NCBI GenBank assembly: GCA_003169735.1 | Contig: PNAP01000047.1 | Location: forward strand, 9,223-73,222 | DNA: 64,000 nt | Direction: 5' to 3' | DNA from: Chloroflexota bacterium | Lineage (GTDB): Bacteria; Chloroflexota; Limnocylindria; Limnocylindrales; CSP1-4 | Shown: positions 62,763-64,000 of the stretch, piece after piece | Layout of the letters: each line of letters opens with the position of its first letter | Position numbering within the stretch: position 1 is the stretch's first letter | Notes under the pieces: generated by a model | Seen by the model: the letters and a program-made list of their open reading frames with translations, nothing else | Databases searched by the model: none | What the model was told of the DNA's origin: nothing | Translations under genes and position numbers: made by a program

Positions 62763-64000
62763 GTGAGCGGCGACCTGCTCGTCATCGGCGCGGCCGAGGT
62801 CGTGACACTCGCCGGCGGGCTGCGGCGGGGCTCGGCGCAGGGAGATGTCGCCACCGTGCGGGGCGAAGCGTCGGGGCCGCTGGCGGTCGCCGTCCTCGGC
62901 GGTCAGGTCGCCGCCGTCGGCCGGGGATCGGACGTGCGAACGGTCCTCGAAGGCCAGGGAGTCGATGTCGCCGGCCTTCCGCACCTGGATGCCGCCGGCG
63001 GGACGGTCACGCCGGGACTGGTCGACGCACACACCCACCTGTTGTTCGCCGGATCCCGTGAATCGGAGCTGGGCCTGCGCCAGAAGGGCGCGACGTATCT
63101 CGAGATCCTGGCCGCCGGCGGGGGCATCCTATCCACCGTCGACCGGACGCGCGCCGCGACCGATGAGGAGCTGTTGACGCACGGGCGTCGTTGGGCGACC
63201 GAGATGCTGTCCCACGGCGTGACGACGGCGGAGGTGAAGTCCGGCTACGGGCTCGACGCGGCGACCGAGCTCCGACTCCTGGCGACCTACGGCCGATTGG
63301 CGGCGGACGGACCGCTGGAGCTCGTGCCAACGTTCCTCGGCGCGCACGCCGTGCCGCGCGAGTTCCGCGACCGGCCCGACGCGACCGAGGCGTATGTCCG
63401 GGATGTGATCGAGCGGCAGCTGCCGGCTGTCGCGGAGCAGGGCATCGCGCGCTTCTGCGATGTCTTCTGCGAGGCGGGCGTCTTCGACGCGGACCAGTCG
63501 CGGAGGGTGCTGGAGGCCGGTGCTCGGCTGGGGCTGCGGCCGCGGCTCCACGCCGACGAGATCCACGATTCCGGCGGCGCGGCGCTAGCGGTAGAAGTTG
63601 GCGCGGCTTCAGCCGATCACCTGGCCGCGATCTCCGACGCGGGCATCGAGGCGCTCGGGCTGGCCGCTGATCGGGGCGCGGCCGTGGTCGCGACGCTGCT
63701 GCCGGCGACGACGCTCTACCTCATGAGCGGGCACTACGCTCCCGCGCGACGCCTGATCGAGCGTGGCGTGCCGGTGGCGCTCGGGAGCGACTTCAATCCC
63801 GGCACCTCACCGACGCCGAACCTGGCACTCGTGCTGACCATCGCGTGCCTCCAGCTACGGCTGACCCCGTCCGAGGCGCTCGCCGCGGCGACCATCAACG
63901 CGGCTCACGCCCTGGGACTCGGCGAGAGCCACGGCGCCCTCGAGGCGGGCCGCGTCGGCGACCTCGTGATCTGGGATGTGCCGCGCCACGAACTGATCCC
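62763..64000 (+). CDS. hutI: imidazolonepropionase (3' end runs off the window)
   Basis: Hand translation from GTG at 62763 gives VSGDLLVIGAAEVVTL...TPGLVDAHTHLLFAGSRESE...GVTTAEVKSGYGLD. The frame stays open to 64000. It is absent from the track because no stop lies in the window. Confidence 0.9.
   Translation, partial: MSGDLLVIGAAEVVTLAGGLRRGSAQGDVATVRGEASGPLAVAVLGGQVAAVGRGSDVRTVLEGQGVDVAGLPHLDAAGGTVTPGLVDAHTHLLFAGSRESELGLRQKGATYLEILAAGGGILSTVDRTRAATDEELLTHGRRWATEMLSHGVTTAEVKSGYGLDAATELRLLATYGRLAADGPLELVPTFLGAHAVPREFRDRPDATEAYVRDVIERQLPAVAEQGIARFCDVFCEAGVFDADQSRRVLEAGARLGLRPRLHADEIHDSGGAALAVEVGAASADHLAAISDAGIEALGLAADRGAAVVATLLPATTLYLMSGHYAPARRLIERGVPVALGSDFNPGTSPTPNLALVLTIACLQLRLTPSEALAAATINAAHALGLGESHGALEAGRVGDLVIWDVPRHELI

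Overview
High-GC, densely coding chromosomal segment from a monoderm, Actinomycetota/Chloroflexota-like bacterium. This is suggested by Gram-positive-type LexA boxes (CGAAC-N4-GTTCG), a secretin-less Tad locus, GT87/GT39-like GT-C enzymes and frequent ATGA/GTGA start-stop overlaps.

Left third (0-23 kb):
- comFC-hpf.
- A Tad/Flp pilus locus (DUF192, tadC, tadB, cpaF, REC-cpaE, cpaB) headed by three tandem flp pilin genes. One of them is too short for the supplied ORF track.
- Upstream, a DegS/DegU-like cytoplasmic kinase, a NarL-type regulator and a second kinase-like protein with degenerate ATP-binding boxes. All are co-directional and start-stop coupled to two GT39-like glycosyltransferases.
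- A divergent glycosylation cluster: GT87/DUF2029 paralogs, a GT2 polyprenyl-phosphate sugar synthase-like gene, a CelD-like GNAT, GT4 and a PIG-L deacetylase.

Middle (23-41 kb):
- pcm, a Ser/Pro-repeat membrane protein, a DUF5317-like/MFS fusion and an HD-GYP protein.
- A lower-GC island encoding an 1147-aa STAND ATPase with a C-terminal SARP (wHTH+BTAD) module.
- Dodecin, a lipoprotein, LuxR-PAS, dnaB and lexA.
- A DUF2975/HTH pair bracketed by inverted 78-bp REP-like repeats.
- DUF1232-rplI, an MBL hydrolase and dinB.

Right third (41-64 kb):
- A near-consensus promoter with two LexA boxes in front of an uncharacterised 93-aa ORF, followed by cyclodeaminase-folD-fhs.
- An Asp-box propeller protein.
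- An NMT1/THI5-type ABC importer with a His-rich micro-protein.
- Scattered histidine-utilisation genes (hutH, hutU, formimidoyltransferase, hutI) interrupted by unrelated genes.
- A DUF2089-DUF4097-SHOCT-like module and a DtxR-family repressor.

No rRNA, tRNA, CRISPR array, transposase or integrase was recognised. Most other long ORFs in the track are antisense or shadow frames typical of high-GC DNA. All family assignments are motif recognition by eye, not database searches.
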